DNA from: Candidatus Latescibacterota bacterium
GTDB lineage: Bacteria > Latescibacterota > UBA2968 > UBA8231
Length of the DNA stretch: 64,000 nt
NCBI GenBank assembly: GCA_965215195.1
Contig: CBDCDC010000002.1
Span: 1,824,001-1,888,000 of the forward strand
Reading direction: 5' to 3'
Below the pieces are notes generated by a model. It ran no database searches and was not told where the DNA came from. It saw only the letters and a list, made by a program, of their open reading frames with translations. Made by a program: the position numbers and the translations under genes. This document shows positions 27,792-37,660 of the stretch, one piece after another (positions within the stretch are counted from its first letter, which is position 1; each line of letters begins with the position of its first letter).

Positions 27792-30617
27792 TTAAGCCTT
27801 CAGGCGCAATACTACATTCTCAGTGATCGCGTTTTTTATATGGACTAAATTTTCTGTCGTTACGGAGATATCGATCCGTTCAATTAGCTCCATTCCGCAT
27901 TGTATTGCGATGTCCTGAACAAAGTCCGTCGTGGGAATTCGCTCGTAAGCGCCTTCTACGCGCATGCGGTTGTCGCCGATGACGATCATAGCTTCGCCAC
28001 TTGGGCGCAGAACGCGACGGCAATTCTTCAGCACCAATGCCATATCCTGAAAGAACCGCTGCAACAGAGCGGGCATATTCTTGCGTCGGAAACCGACATC
28101 TGCTTGGGAAATCCGTGTGTGTAGATCCTGAAGATAGTTACAAACACTTTCGGGCAAGACGCCCTCACTGGCTGCGATGGCCTGCTCCAACCTACGTCGC
28201 TCTTTAGTCGCGATCTCCCGGCTGCCAATAAGGCCCCGTTCAATGGGTCTCCGCGCCGATGAATCCATTCCAAATAGTACAAGGAGCGATAGTCTATCCG
28301 TATCAATATATGGAAGGGCCGTAGCATACGGTGGACTTGTAAGTACAAGATCCACGCTGTTTTCTGTAAGACCGAGGGTTTCGAAAGTCTTTTGAGTGCG
28401 AGCGTCCCCTTCGACAACTCTGCTAGGACAGAACCGATGTGGGGAATAGCCACGCACGGACCAGAACTTCTCAATGCGCGTGTATTGAGCATCGAGGGCC
28501 TCGAGGTACATTTTGAACACATCGGCGTCCGCGATGGGTTCCTTCCGCCGCCGTATCCTCAAGTCGTTTGGAGCCTGCTGCGAAACCTCGCGGATGATGC
28601 TACTCAAAACCACTTCTAGAAAATCCCTTACGACGCCCTCGCTGACCGATCGAATCGCACCAAGCAGCCAGTTTATCTTTGAAATAACTGGAGTGGGAAA
28701 CCACCTATTAATTTCGCTCAGGCAACTTGGATCAAACTGGTCCTCTCCCTCTGCTGGCTTCGCTGGAGCCTCCTCAATCATACCGACTAGGACGCCGAGT
28801 GTTTCTCGCACGATGTCGGGATTTACTTCGAGCATACCTGTCTTTGCCTTGGCGATCTTGGCCGCGAGAGGATTGATGTCGCAACCAAGCGTCCGTTGCC
28901 CATTCAGATAGCCTTCCAAGAGAGTTGTACCGCTTCCGCAGAATGGGTCGAATACGCTGGCTCCCGCACGGAGGGCACAAACATTCATCAACCCCTTGGC
29001 AAGTTGCGGATAGAACTTACCCTTGTAGGGATGCAGGCCATGCGTGGCGTACTTGGGATCTTTGCGGGCCGAAGGTTGTCGTGCGAAGCCGTTTTCGAGG
29101 ATAGCTTGCCACGTAGGCTCACTGTCAAATGCCGTCAGTCCGACTCCGTGAGTAAATACGAGTTGGCGAGCCTTTGTCGCAGAGTAAGGGTCCAATTCTA
29201 GGCTGGGGCCACGGGTTGTTGGAACGCCTAATACAGACTCAATTTCGCGTTTCCTCAACGCGCTTTCGTAGGGCCACAACTTGTACGGGGGAGACGCCAA
29301 CCATACGGATACCTTCTTAGGGGGCTTGCGGATGACGAGGAGTTTCTCGGTGGTAGCCCTCCTCCCAGCAGCCGCAAAGGAACGCTTTGACGAATGGATT
29401 GCTCGCTCTGTGATACAAACACTTTCAAAGCCAATTTTTTCTGCTGAGTCGCTCAATGCCTCTGCCGCCGGATAAAGGACTTTCTTATAGATCGCGTCAC
29501 CTACAATGAGCACGGCATACCTGCCAGGCTTCAAGAGGCGGTGCATCCCCGACAAGCTTTGTTGCATCTCCGCGAGGTACTCATCGAATCCCGAGGCCTC
29601 CTTCTGATGGCGAAGGTGAGATCCAATCTCGATCTTTGCGAGTTCGCGCGGGTTGTATCCCAACCACAGCAGCCGAAAGCGGTGATAAAGGTGGTAGTCT
29701 GTCGCGTTTCCGTAGGGTGGAGACGTAACAATCAGGTCAATGGTCTCAGGCCTGCATACCCCATGTCCCAACTTTCGCGTATCGGCCGTTGTGAAGTTAC
29801 AGACACCGTACCGAAGCACGGCCTGCGTCCTGACTACATTGCGAATGATCCTATCGAGGGCACCGAGGAATCGCTTTAAGGTCTCGCCTTGTGGTATATC
29901 ACGCGGCTTGCTCGCATAGCGAGTCTCAGAGTCTTGGAACGAGGCAGCTAGAACAATACGCGAAAGGGCCAGCAAGGCTATGTCGCGGGCCTTCTCGCGT
30001 TCAATCCGCTCAATGCGCGACCTGATTAACGCCAATTCTCCCCGTGCAGTGCTGGGGAACCACTTATCGATATTGGGTATGTCTGGTATGTATTCGGCAT
30101 TTGCAGCATACAGGGATTTGGCATCGGGAAGGTCGAAGAAGTAGGTAGTCAGGGAACTGCGAATGGTGTGGAGCTCCCTAGCGGCTTTGCGGTCCAAGTT
30201 GCAGGTTTTTACGCGCCCGATTAGGGTGCCCACTGCATTGGCGTCAACACTCAGTGCCCTTCTCCCCAAGCGAACAGCTTCTAGGGCGGTAGTACCGCTG
30301 CCGCCAAAGGGGTCGAGCACTAACTCGCCAGGGAACGATAGCTGAGAGATACAGGTTCCGGGTAGCTGAGGAATGAATTTCGCGGGATATGGATGCAGGT
30401 CATGGGTCAGGAAACCCGTGTTGTCGGTAGTAAACGACCAATCTATCGTCTGGAAGGCATTTGCGACGCGCTCCGCATTTTGGAGATCATCCGGGGAATG
30501 AATCTCTTCGTACTGAGGAAATGCCTCCTCCCAGTCAAGCGCGTATTGGCCCCCTTCTTCTCGAACAAGGGACGCACTAAGCTCCGTTTCATACAGGTAT
30601 CTTCCCTGCCTCGACAT
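27792..30617 (-). CDS. Double-domain DNA amino-methyltransferase (two fused SPPY-type, probably m4C, modules)
   Basis: Two copies each of HPYxxKF.PQL, DPFxGSGTT and TSPPY; AGGAGG RBS. Confidence 0.92.
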   Translation of the reverse strand: MSRQGRYLYETELSASLVREEGGQYALDWEEAFPQYEEIHSPDDLQNAERVANAFQTIDWSFTTDNTGFLTHDLHPYPAKFIPQLPGTCISQLSFPGELVLDPFGGSGTTALEAVRLGRRALSVDANAVGTLIGRVKTCNLDRKAARELHTIRSSLTTYFFDLPDAKSLYAANAEYIPDIPNIDKWFPSTARGELALIRSRIERIEREKARDIALLALSRIVLAASFQDSETRYASKPRDIPQGETLKRFLGALDRIIRNVVRTQAVLRYGVCNFTTADTRKLGHGVCRPETIDLIVTSPPYGNATDYHLYHRFRLLWLGYNPRELAKIEIGSHLRHQKEASGFDEYLAEMQQSLSGMHRLLKPGRYAVLIVGDAIYKKVLYPAAEALSDSAEKIGFESVCITERAIHSSKRSFAAAGRRATTEKLLVIRKPPKKVSVWLASPPYKLWPYESALRKREIESVLGVPTTRGPSLELDPYSATKARQLVFTHGVGLTAFDSEPTWQAILENGFARQPSARKDPKYATHGLHPYKGKFYPQLAKGLMNVCALRAGASVFDPFCGSGTTLLEGYLNGQRTLGCDINPLAAKIAKAKTGMLEVNPDIVRETLGVLVGMIEEAPAKPAEGEDQFDPSCLSEINRWFPTPVISKINWLLGAIRSVSEGVVRDFLEVVLSSIIREVSQQAPNDLRIRRRKEPIADADVFKMYLEALDAQYTRIEKFWSVRGYSPHRFCPSRVVEGDARTQKTFETLGLTENSVDLVLTSPPYATALPYIDTDRLSLLVLFGMDSSARRPIERGLIGSREIATKERRRLEQAIAASEGVLPESVCNYLQDLHTRISQADVGFRRKNMPALLQRFFQDMALVLKNCRRVLRPSGEAMIVIGDNRMRVEGAYERIPTTDFVQDIAIQCGMELIERIDISVTTENLVHIKNAITENVVLRLKA

Positions 30618-30633
30618 CGGCTTCCTCCTTTAC

Positions 30634-30663
30634 ATTCTGGGAAATAAGGTATGTTCCCAGAAT
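30634..30663. promoter_or_regulatory. Perfect 10-bp inverted repeat (putative operator) in the methyltransferase promoter
   Basis: ATTCTGGGAA-N10-TTCCCAGAAT between minus-strand TTGACA (30671-30666) and the RBS. Confidence 0.55.
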
Positions 30664-30734
30664 AGTGTCAAATACACCTAGTAGGATTAGAAGTCGAGAA
30701 TAGGAAGCAACCGGCCCCGGCAAGGCCCGGTTTT

Positions 30735-33700
30735 TTAGGCCCTCCAGCCGCGGCCGATCCAAGCCCTTAAATCCATGGCCAAGCTGAGGAAGGTGGGCAC
30801 GAGGAAGAGGGTGAATAACGTGGACAACAGCAGGCCGCCGATGACGACGCTGCCCAAGCCGCGGTAGAGTTCGGAGCCAGCGCCGGGGAAGACGACCAGC
30901 GGCAGCATCCCCAAGGCGCTGGTAATCATGGACATGAAGATCGGCCGTACGCGACTGAAAACCGCGTCGCGGATGGCTTCTTTGAGCGGGGTTTGGGGTG
31001 CGTCGCGCAGGATATTGAGCGTCTGGTGGACGATGAGGATGGCGTTGTTGACCACCACGCCGACGAGGATGACGAAGCCGAGCATGGTGAGGATGTCGAG
31101 CGGCTGATAGGTCAGTGTGCGGTTGACGACCTCCAGCCCGAGAATGCCACCGGCCAGGGCCGGGGGTACGCTGAGCATGATGACGAATGGATAGAGGAAG
31201 CTCTCAAAGAGCGCGGCCATCAGCAGATAGGTAATTGCCAAGGCCAACAGGAAGTTCCACTGGAGGGCTTGGCGGGTGCGCCGCAGGTCGTCGGCCGAGC
31301 CGGAAAGCTCGATTTGGTAGGGCGGGGCCAACTCGCCCGAATCGACGAGGGGGTGGACAATTTGGGCTTGGATAGAGTCGAGGGCCGTCTCCAAGGGAAT
31401 GGTTTCCGGGGGGATGACTTGGACCGTGATGGCCCGGCTGCGCTCGATGTGGTTGATCTGCTCCGGACCGGTGGTTACTTCGACGCGGGCTATGGCGCTG
31501 AGCGGCACCAGTTGGCCGCGCGGGGTGTAGATGGGTAGGGCTTCAATGTCTTGGGTGCGAAACCAATCCTCCTCACCCCGCAGCACCAAGTCGATTTCCT
31601 CGCCTTGGAACTGATAGCCATCGACGAGGGCACCGTCTAATAGCGCGTTGACCGCCGAGCCAATGTCCCGCGCCGAAAGTCCTAAATCGGCGGCGCGCAC
31701 CCGGTCGGGAAGGATGCGGACTTCTGGATTGCCCAAGTCGAGGCTGGGAATGGGACGGGCTTGGGCACCGGGCACAACTTGGCGGACTTGGCCGAAGACG
31801 CGGCCCCCCAGCTCGATGAGGCGGCCCAGATCGGGGCCGGTGATCTCAATGTCGATGGCCCGCCCGCTGCCACCGCCGCGCTGGAAGAGGCTCGACTGCT
31901 GTACAATGGCGAAGGTGCCCGGCACCCCGCCGAAGACCGGCCCTTGGATGATCGGGATCAGCTCGCGCACCCGCGCCGGATCGGCCGAGCGCGCACCCAT
32001 GAAGGCCGAGCGGCCAAAGGCCACGAAGAACATGTTGTCAACCGGCGGCCCGGATAGCGCTTGGGCTTGGGGGCTGTCGGGGGCTGCGGCCGCCTCCCAG
32101 TGGGGCCGCAGGGCGTCTTCGATGGTCTGGCCGACTTGGATCAGCTCGTCGAGGTTGTAGCCGGGCGGCGGCAGGACGATGCCGAAGACTAGGTTGCGGT
32201 TGCCAGTGGGCAGGTATTCGGATTTGGGCAGCAGGGTCCAAGCGATGCCCAGCGAGAGGCCGATCAGCCCGGTGATGACCCCCAAGCGCAGCAGGGTGCT
32301 GCCGCTGATGCGGAAGACGCTTTGGGCGATAAAGGTCCGCACCCGGTCGCCCCAAGCGGCCAGCGCGTCCCGGCGCGGTTCGGCGCGGCCGAGGATCTTG
32401 TTGGCCAAGCTGGGGATGACGGAGATGGCCACGATCAAGCTGAGCACCACCGAGCAGGAGACCGCGATGGCGATGTCGCGGAAGAGCTGACCGGCCTCGT
32501 CCTCGACGAAGACGATGGGCAGGAAGATGGCCACCGTGGTCAAGGTGCTGGCCAGCAGTGCCCCCCAGACCTCGGAGGCCCCGTCCAAGGCCGCGCGGGC
32601 GCGGGTTTTGCCCATCTGCTGGTGGCGGAAAATGTTTTCGAGCGCGACGATGGCGTTGTCGATGACCATGCCCACTGCAAAGCTCATCCCGGCCAAGCTG
32701 ATGACGTTGATGTTGCGGCCCAAAAGCCACATGGCCAAAAAGGTGCCGACAATTGAAATCGGGATGGCCGTGGCAATGATCGCCACCGAGCTGACGCTGC
32801 GCAGGAAGATGAAGAGCACGGTCACGGCCAGTGCGCCGCCGACGATGATGTTGGAGCGCACCAAGCCGATGGCGCTGTCTATGTAGTCGGTCTCGTCGTA
32901 CACCTGAGCGAGGTAGAGACCCTCGCGGGCCAGCGGCCCCTCGTTGAGTTCGCGGATGGTGCGGCGGATGCCGTCCATGACTTCGAGGACGTTGGCCCCG
33001 GTCTCGCGCTGGGCGTTGATGGCAATGGCGGGTCGGCCCTTTTGCCGCACGGCCGCAGCGGCGCGGACGTAGCCGAGGCGGGTGCGGGCAATCTCGCCAA
33101 CGGTGACTCGGGTGCCATTGGCCGAGCGGACGACGACCTGCTCGATGTCGCTGGGCTGCTGGTACTGGCCGACGGTGCGCACGATGTAGCGGCGCTTGCC
33201 CTCGTCAAAGGCCCCGGCGCTGGTATTGGCGTTTTCGCGGGCGAGGGCTTGGGCTAGGTCTTGCACGGTGAGCTGGCGTGCGGCCATGGCCTGCGGATCG
33301 ACGATGACCTGTAGCTGGCGGTCGTAGCCGCCATAGACGTTGCTGCGGGCCACGCCGGGTACGCGCTCGAGGGCGGTTTTGACGACTTCCTCGGCGTAGT
33401 CGCGAAAGCGCTCGACATCGAGTTCGTCGCGGCCGGGCCGGGCGTCGAGGATCAGCCACGTGATGGCTCCGCTTGGGCCGGTGCCGCCGGCCGAGAGCAC
33501 GGGCCGCTCGGCGTCGAGCGGATAGCCGAAAACTTGGTCGAGCTTGTTGGAGACCAACAGCAGCACCGCATCTGGATCGACGCCGACGTTGAATTCGAGA
33601 GTTACTACGCCGCGACTGTCGTTGCTCTCGCTGGTCATCAGCACCAGTCCCTCAACGCTTTTGAGCTGTTCCTCTTGGTGCTGGACGATCTCTTGCTCGA

Positions 33701-33875
33701 CTTCTTCGGGGCTAGCGCCCGGCCACAAGGTAGTGACCGTGACGATGGGCCGGTCGACGTCCGGGGTGAGTTGAACCGGGATGCGGAAGAGGGATATCAG
33801 GCCGAAGAGCGCGACAAAGAGCACGCCGACGATCACGCTGACGGGCCGCTTGATGGCCGTATCGACTAGGCGCAT
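30735..33875 (-). CDS. RND efflux transporter permease (AcrB/AcrD/AcrF family)
   Basis: 1046 aa; WPGASPEEVE, GMVIDNAIV, GVVVNNAIL, RVRPIFM motifs. Confidence 0.95.
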   Translation of the reverse strand: MRLVDTAIKRPVSVIVGVLFVALFGLISLFRIPVQLTPDVDRPIVTVTTLWPGASPEEVEQEIVQHQEEQLKSVEGLVLMTSESNDSRGVVTLEFNVGVDPDAVLLLVSNKLDQVFGYPLDAERPVLSAGGTGPSGAITWLILDARPGRDELDVERFRDYAEEVVKTALERVPGVARSNVYGGYDRQLQVIVDPQAMAARQLTVQDLAQALARENANTSAGAFDEGKRRYIVRTVGQYQQPSDIEQVVVRSANGTRVTVGEIARTRLGYVRAAAAVRQKGRPAIAINAQRETGANVLEVMDGIRRTIRELNEGPLAREGLYLAQVYDETDYIDSAIGLVRSNIIVGGALAVTVLFIFLRSVSSVAIIATAIPISIVGTFLAMWLLGRNINVISLAGMSFAVGMVIDNAIVALENIFRHQQMGKTRARAALDGASEVWGALLASTLTTVAIFLPIVFVEDEAGQLFRDIAIAVSCSVVLSLIVAISVIPSLANKILGRAEPRRDALAAWGDRVRTFIAQSVFRISGSTLLRLGVITGLIGLSLGIAWTLLPKSEYLPTGNRNLVFGIVLPPPGYNLDELIQVGQTIEDALRPHWEAAAAPDSPQAQALSGPPVDNMFFVAFGRSAFMGARSADPARVRELIPIIQGPVFGGVPGTFAIVQQSSLFQRGGGSGRAIDIEITGPDLGRLIELGGRVFGQVRQVVPGAQARPIPSLDLGNPEVRILPDRVRAADLGLSARDIGSAVNALLDGALVDGYQFQGEEIDLVLRGEEDWFRTQDIEALPIYTPRGQLVPLSAIARVEVTTGPEQINHIERSRAITVQVIPPETIPLETALDSIQAQIVHPLVDSGELAPPYQIELSGSADDLRRTRQALQWNFLLALAITYLLMAALFESFLYPFVIMLSVPPALAGGILGLEVVNRTLTYQPLDILTMLGFVILVGVVVNNAILIVHQTLNILRDAPQTPLKEAIRDAVFSRVRPIFMSMITSALGMLPLVVFPGAGSELYRGLGSVVIGGLLLSTLFTLFLVPTFLSLAMDLRAWIGRGWRA

Positions 33876-33881
33876 GACGGC

Positions 33882-34892
33882 CTATGGCTGCCGGCGGATG
33901 ATGCGCACGGCTTGGCCGTCCATCAGCCGCTCGTTGCCGCGCACCACGGCTAGGTCGCCGGGTGCGAGTTCGCCCGTGACGGCCACGTAACCCTTGTGCG
34001 CCAGCCCGGTTTCGACGGGGTGCTGGACGACCTTGCCGTCGCGGGCGAGGTACACGACCTGTCCCTGCGGGCCGGAGACTAGGGCGTCCTTATGTACTAG
34101 GAGCGATGCCTTGGCCTGCGCGATCTGGAAGCGCACTCGTGCGGACATATTGCTGCGCATCCGGCCGTCTGGGTTGGCGGCCTCGACGACGACCGGGAAG
34201 GTGCGGGAGGAGGCGTAGCCTTCGGCGAGGATGGCGGTCACGAGGCCGGTGATGGGGTCGCTGCCGAGGGCATCGACGACAATGGCGACGCGGTCCTCCA
34301 CGGCGAGCTGCGGCACGTGGCGCTCGGGCACCTCGACGATCACGCGGACGGTGTCGATGGAGATTATCTGGGCGATCTCGCCGCCGCGCCCGACCCACTG
34401 ACCCACTTCGGTAAAGGTCTGGATGATGTGCCCGGAGAAAGGGGCACGGACGAGGAGGTTTTCTATTTGGGCTTGGAGGCCGGTTAGCTTGGCTTGGGCG
34501 CGGGCTAGTTCGTAGGCCTTGTCGCGCAGGTCCTGCTCGGAGACCGAGTCGGTAGCGCGCAACCGGCGGCTGCGGTCGTGGTTGAACTGGCGCAGCGCGA
34601 AATCGGCCTGCGCTTCGGCCAATGCGGCTTGGAGCGGATCGTTGGCCAGCGCGAACAGGGGGTCGCCGGTGCGCACAGCTTGGCCAGCTTCCTCGAAGCG
34701 CCTGACCACTTGCCCCTCGGTCTCGGCGGCGACGCGGCTGGAGCGCACCGGCAGGATGCGCCCGACAAAGGAGAGGTTTTCGACGAGCGGTTGTTCGAGG
34801 ACCTCGGCGACGATGACCGGCGTCGGTGGGCGCTCTTGGCCCAAGAGCGCACCGGGCAGCACGGTCAGGAGCAGCGAGAAGACGAGGGACAT
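33882..34892 (-). CDS. RND efflux membrane fusion protein
   Basis: Signal peptide, lipoyl/hairpin motifs (VRAPFSG), directly upstream of the RND permease. Confidence 0.92.
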   Translation of the reverse strand: MSLVFSLLLTVLPGALLGQERPPTPVIVAEVLEQPLVENLSFVGRILPVRSSRVAAETEGQVVRRFEEAGQAVRTGDPLFALANDPLQAALAEAQADFALRQFNHDRSRRLRATDSVSEQDLRDKAYELARAQAKLTGLQAQIENLLVRAPFSGHIIQTFTEVGQWVGRGGEIAQIISIDTVRVIVEVPERHVPQLAVEDRVAIVVDALGSDPITGLVTAILAEGYASSRTFPVVVEAANPDGRMRSNMSARVRFQIAQAKASLLVHKDALVSGPQGQVVYLARDGKVVQHPVETGLAHKGYVAVTGELAPGDLAVVRGNERLMDGQAVRIIRRQP

Positions 34893-34963
34893 TTGGATTT
34901 CCTCGGAGGAGTGAAAAGGCTGTTCAAGAAAGTAGGGGTTGGGTTGAACCGGGACAATGGGCG

Positions 34964-35758
34964 CTACTTGCGCCCCAGGACGGCGGTCTCCCGCACAAAT
35001 CGCGCCTGATAGCGCTGACCTCCGCTGACTCCGTACTGGTCGATCAGGCGCTCAATGCGGCGGATGCGCTCGCTGGTAGGCGGGTGGCTGGCGAAGAGTT
35101 TTTCTAAGTCGGAGCGCCGGCGCGCTTCCAACTTTTTCAGTTTTTCAAAAAAGCGCAGCAGGCCGCGCGGGTCGTACCCGGCCTCGACGGCGTAGCGGAC
35201 GCCAAAGGTGTCGGCTTCGCGCTCGTCGTCGCGGCTAAAGCGGGCACTGCCAAGCTGGGAGGCGACCTGCCCGAGTTGGTAGGGATCTTCGCCGAGGGCA
35301 AGGCTGGTGAGGAAGTCCATGCCGAAGCGGGCGGCGAGTTGGTTGGCTGAGTGGCGGCCGACGATGTGGCCGATCTCGTGGGCTAGGACCCCGGCAATCT
35401 CGGCCTCGTCTTCAGCGATCAGCAGCAGGCCGCTATAGACGTAGAGATAGCCGCCGAGGACGGCGAAGGCGTTGATTTGTTTGGGGTCGTCGAGGACCTT
35501 GACGTGGTAGCGGATGCCGGGGCGGTCTTCTAGGGCTAGGGGGAGCAGGGCCTTGGTGACGCGCTGGATATAGGACTGGAGGCGGCGGTCGGGGTGGAGG
35601 CGTTGTTGGGTTTCGATTTGGGCGGCTAGCTGAGTGCCGAGTTTGATTTCGGTTTTGTCGGAAATCAGGGCGTAGCCTAACTCGCGGCGGACGGTGGCGC
35701 AGCCGGACGCGAGGACGCAGGTGGCGATGAGCAGGACGAGAAAAGCGCGTTGGAGCAT
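34964..35758 (-). CDS. M48-family zinc metallopeptidase lipoprotein
   Basis: Lipobox ASGC; INAFA, LAHEIGH, EREAD, SHPP..ERI. Confidence 0.92.
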   Translation of the reverse strand: MLQRAFLVLLIATCVLASGCATVRRELGYALISDKTEIKLGTQLAAQIETQQRLHPDRRLQSYIQRVTKALLPLALEDRPGIRYHVKVLDDPKQINAFAVLGGYLYVYSGLLLIAEDEAEIAGVLAHEIGHIVGRHSANQLAARFGMDFLTSLALGEDPYQLGQVASQLGSARFSRDDEREADTFGVRYAVEAGYDPRGLLRFFEKLKKLEARRRSDLEKLFASHPPTSERIRRIERLIDQYGVSGGQRYQARFVRETAVLGRK

Positions 35759-35813
35759 GGCCGGCAGATTCCTTGCGATGGGTACAGGTTAAACACCAAA
35801 CAGCTAGCGCCCA

Positions 35814-36524
35814 CTACTTTTTATTTTGTCCGCCAAACTCGATCACTTTTTTTTGCGGCGAGAGGTTGATCTCGTCCAGTACCGTGCCAGCGCGCGCTGT
35901 CAGGGCTTGGACGATGACCTCGGCGACGTCTTCTGGCAGGATGGAGTTGTCGGGTGCTGGGCCGGGCCGAAAGTCCAATTCGTCGAAAAAGGGCGATTGG
36001 ACCATGCCGGGATTGACCAACGTGACGCGGACGCCAGCGCGGGCGCACTCGGCGCGCAGGGCTTGGGCGAAGCCGCGCAGGGCGAATTTGGCCGCGCAAT
36101 ACAAGCTGCCTTGGGCCGTGCCGGCGAGCGCGGCTTCCGATCCCATAAAGACCAAGTGCCCGCGCCCGGCCCTTTTGAGAATGGGCAGGAAAGCGCGGGC
36201 CACGAAGACGTGACTGGTCAAGTTGAGGTCGATCAGGGCGCGAATTTGGCCGTAGGAGAATTGCTCTAGCGCACCGAAGCGGCCGACGCCGGCGTTGAGG
36301 ACCAAGGCGTCGAGGGCCGGGCAGGTGGCGACGAGGTCCTGTAGGTGGGCGGGGAGTTGGTCGAGGTCGGCGAGGTCGATGGCGCGCACCTCAAAGCGGT
36401 GGTCATCGCAGGGGAACTTGCCGAAGTCGCGGGCAATGCCGATGGCGCGATGGCCGTTGGCGAGCAGCCTTTCGCAGATGGCGCGGCCAATGCCGGAACT
36501 GGCACCGGTGACGAGGACGCGCAT
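35814..36524 (-). CDS. Short-chain dehydrogenase/reductase
   Basis: TGASSGIG, NAG, YCAAK motifs. Confidence 0.93.
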   Translation of the reverse strand: MRVLVTGASSGIGRAICERLLANGHRAIGIARDFGKFPCDDHRFEVRAIDLADLDQLPAHLQDLVATCPALDALVLNAGVGRFGALEQFSYGQIRALIDLNLTSHVFVARAFLPILKRAGRGHLVFMGSEAALAGTAQGSLYCAAKFALRGFAQALRAECARAGVRVTLVNPGMVQSPFFDELDFRPGPAPDNSILPEDVAEVIVQALTARAGTVLDEINLSPQKKVIEFGGQNKK

Positions 36525-36525
36525 A

Positions 36526-37533
36526 TCAGACCTGTAGGGTGGTGGAGGGGCAGGGGAAGAAAAGCTCGGCGGGAATGTACTGGAGCAATTGATCCGCGCA
36601 AAAGTCGTGTAGTTTTTGGGCCAAGGCGGGCCGATAGGAGACCATGCCGTCTTTTTGCTCCAAGCCGTACGCGAGGAGCTTTTCGTCCGGGTAGAGCTTG
36701 TGCATGGTCTTGTACATATCCTGCGGCAGGCGGAACTGGCCCAAGCTGACCGAGTGCAGGCGGTCGCGGCGAACCTTGGAGAACGCGAGGGCGAACAGGT
36801 CGCGGTAGCGCTCCTCGTAAGCGCGATCGTAGATCAGCGGATCAAAGCGCAGCCCAATGGGCCAGCCGCGCTCCTGCAGGGCGGCGATGGCCTGCAAGCG
36901 CCGGGCCACGGCCGGTGCGCCGACCTCGAATTGGTCGGCAAGGGCCGGCGGGGTCATGCTGAAGGCGACGACGCAGTTGGGCAGAGCCTCGGTGGCGAGC
37001 AGGGTTTTGATGCGCACGCTCTTGGTGCGCAGTTCAAAGTATGCCTGCGGGTGGTCGGCAAAGAAGGGGAGGAAGTCGCCTGTAAAGTGGGTAATGCCCT
37101 CCAACGCGAGGCTATCGCAGTCGTAGCCAGAAAAGAAATAGGGCGCATCGGGTGCGTCCGCCTCGATGTGCGCGGCAAGGTCCTGCTGGAAATCCTCGTA
37201 GTTGACAAAAAGGACCAAGTGCGCCGAACGGTACAGGCCTTGCAGGAAGCAGTAGCGGCAGTCGTAGGGGCAGTTGAGCAGGTGCGAAAAATAGTAGTTG
37301 CGCTCGCCGCCGATGCCATAGCCGTCGGGGGCGGGGAGGACGCGCCGCCCGGCCTTGTGGGCGAGGATGAGCGCGGGGCGGCGCTTTTGCAGGCGGAAGT
37401 TCTGCGCCGTGCGGTTGAAGACCTCGCCGTAGCGGGCGCAGGGAACTAGCTGAGCGCGGGGGAAGCGGTCTAGCAGGGCGCGGGTGCGCGGGTGGTCGAG
37501 GATGGACTCTTCAGCGTAGATGAAATCGAACAT
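36526..37533 (-). CDS. Spore photoproduct lyase-like radical SAM protein
   Basis: NCPYDCRYCFLQ, DSLALE, ELRTKS, GLRFDP motifs. Confidence 0.88.
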   Translation of the reverse strand: MFDFIYAEESILDHPRTRALLDRFPRAQLVPCARYGEVFNRTAQNFRLQKRRPALILAHKAGRRVLPAPDGYGIGGERNYYFSHLLNCPYDCRYCFLQGLYRSAHLVLFVNYEDFQQDLAAHIEADAPDAPYFFSGYDCDSLALEGITHFTGDFLPFFADHPQAYFELRTKSVRIKTLLATEALPNCVVAFSMTPPALADQFEVGAPAVARRLQAIAALQERGWPIGLRFDPLIYDRAYEERYRDLFALAFSKVRRDRLHSVSLGQFRLPQDMYKTMHKLYPDEKLLAYGLEQKDGMVSYRPALAQKLHDFCADQLLQYIPAELFFPCPSTTLQV

Positions 37534-37660
37534 GAGGCGGAGAGCACAAGGCTAATCTAAATGATTTCCAAGGTCAGGCGATTTCAAACATCGTTCTGCA
37601 TTGGCCCCTTACTTCAGACCATGCCCGATATTCGGTTGCGCTAGGCCATCCGCTGCCAAA

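Noticed and set aside
30709-30736. Hairpin with T-run beside the RND stop codon as a terminator
   Set aside because: The stem is imperfect and the T-run is on the strand opposite the RND transcript.
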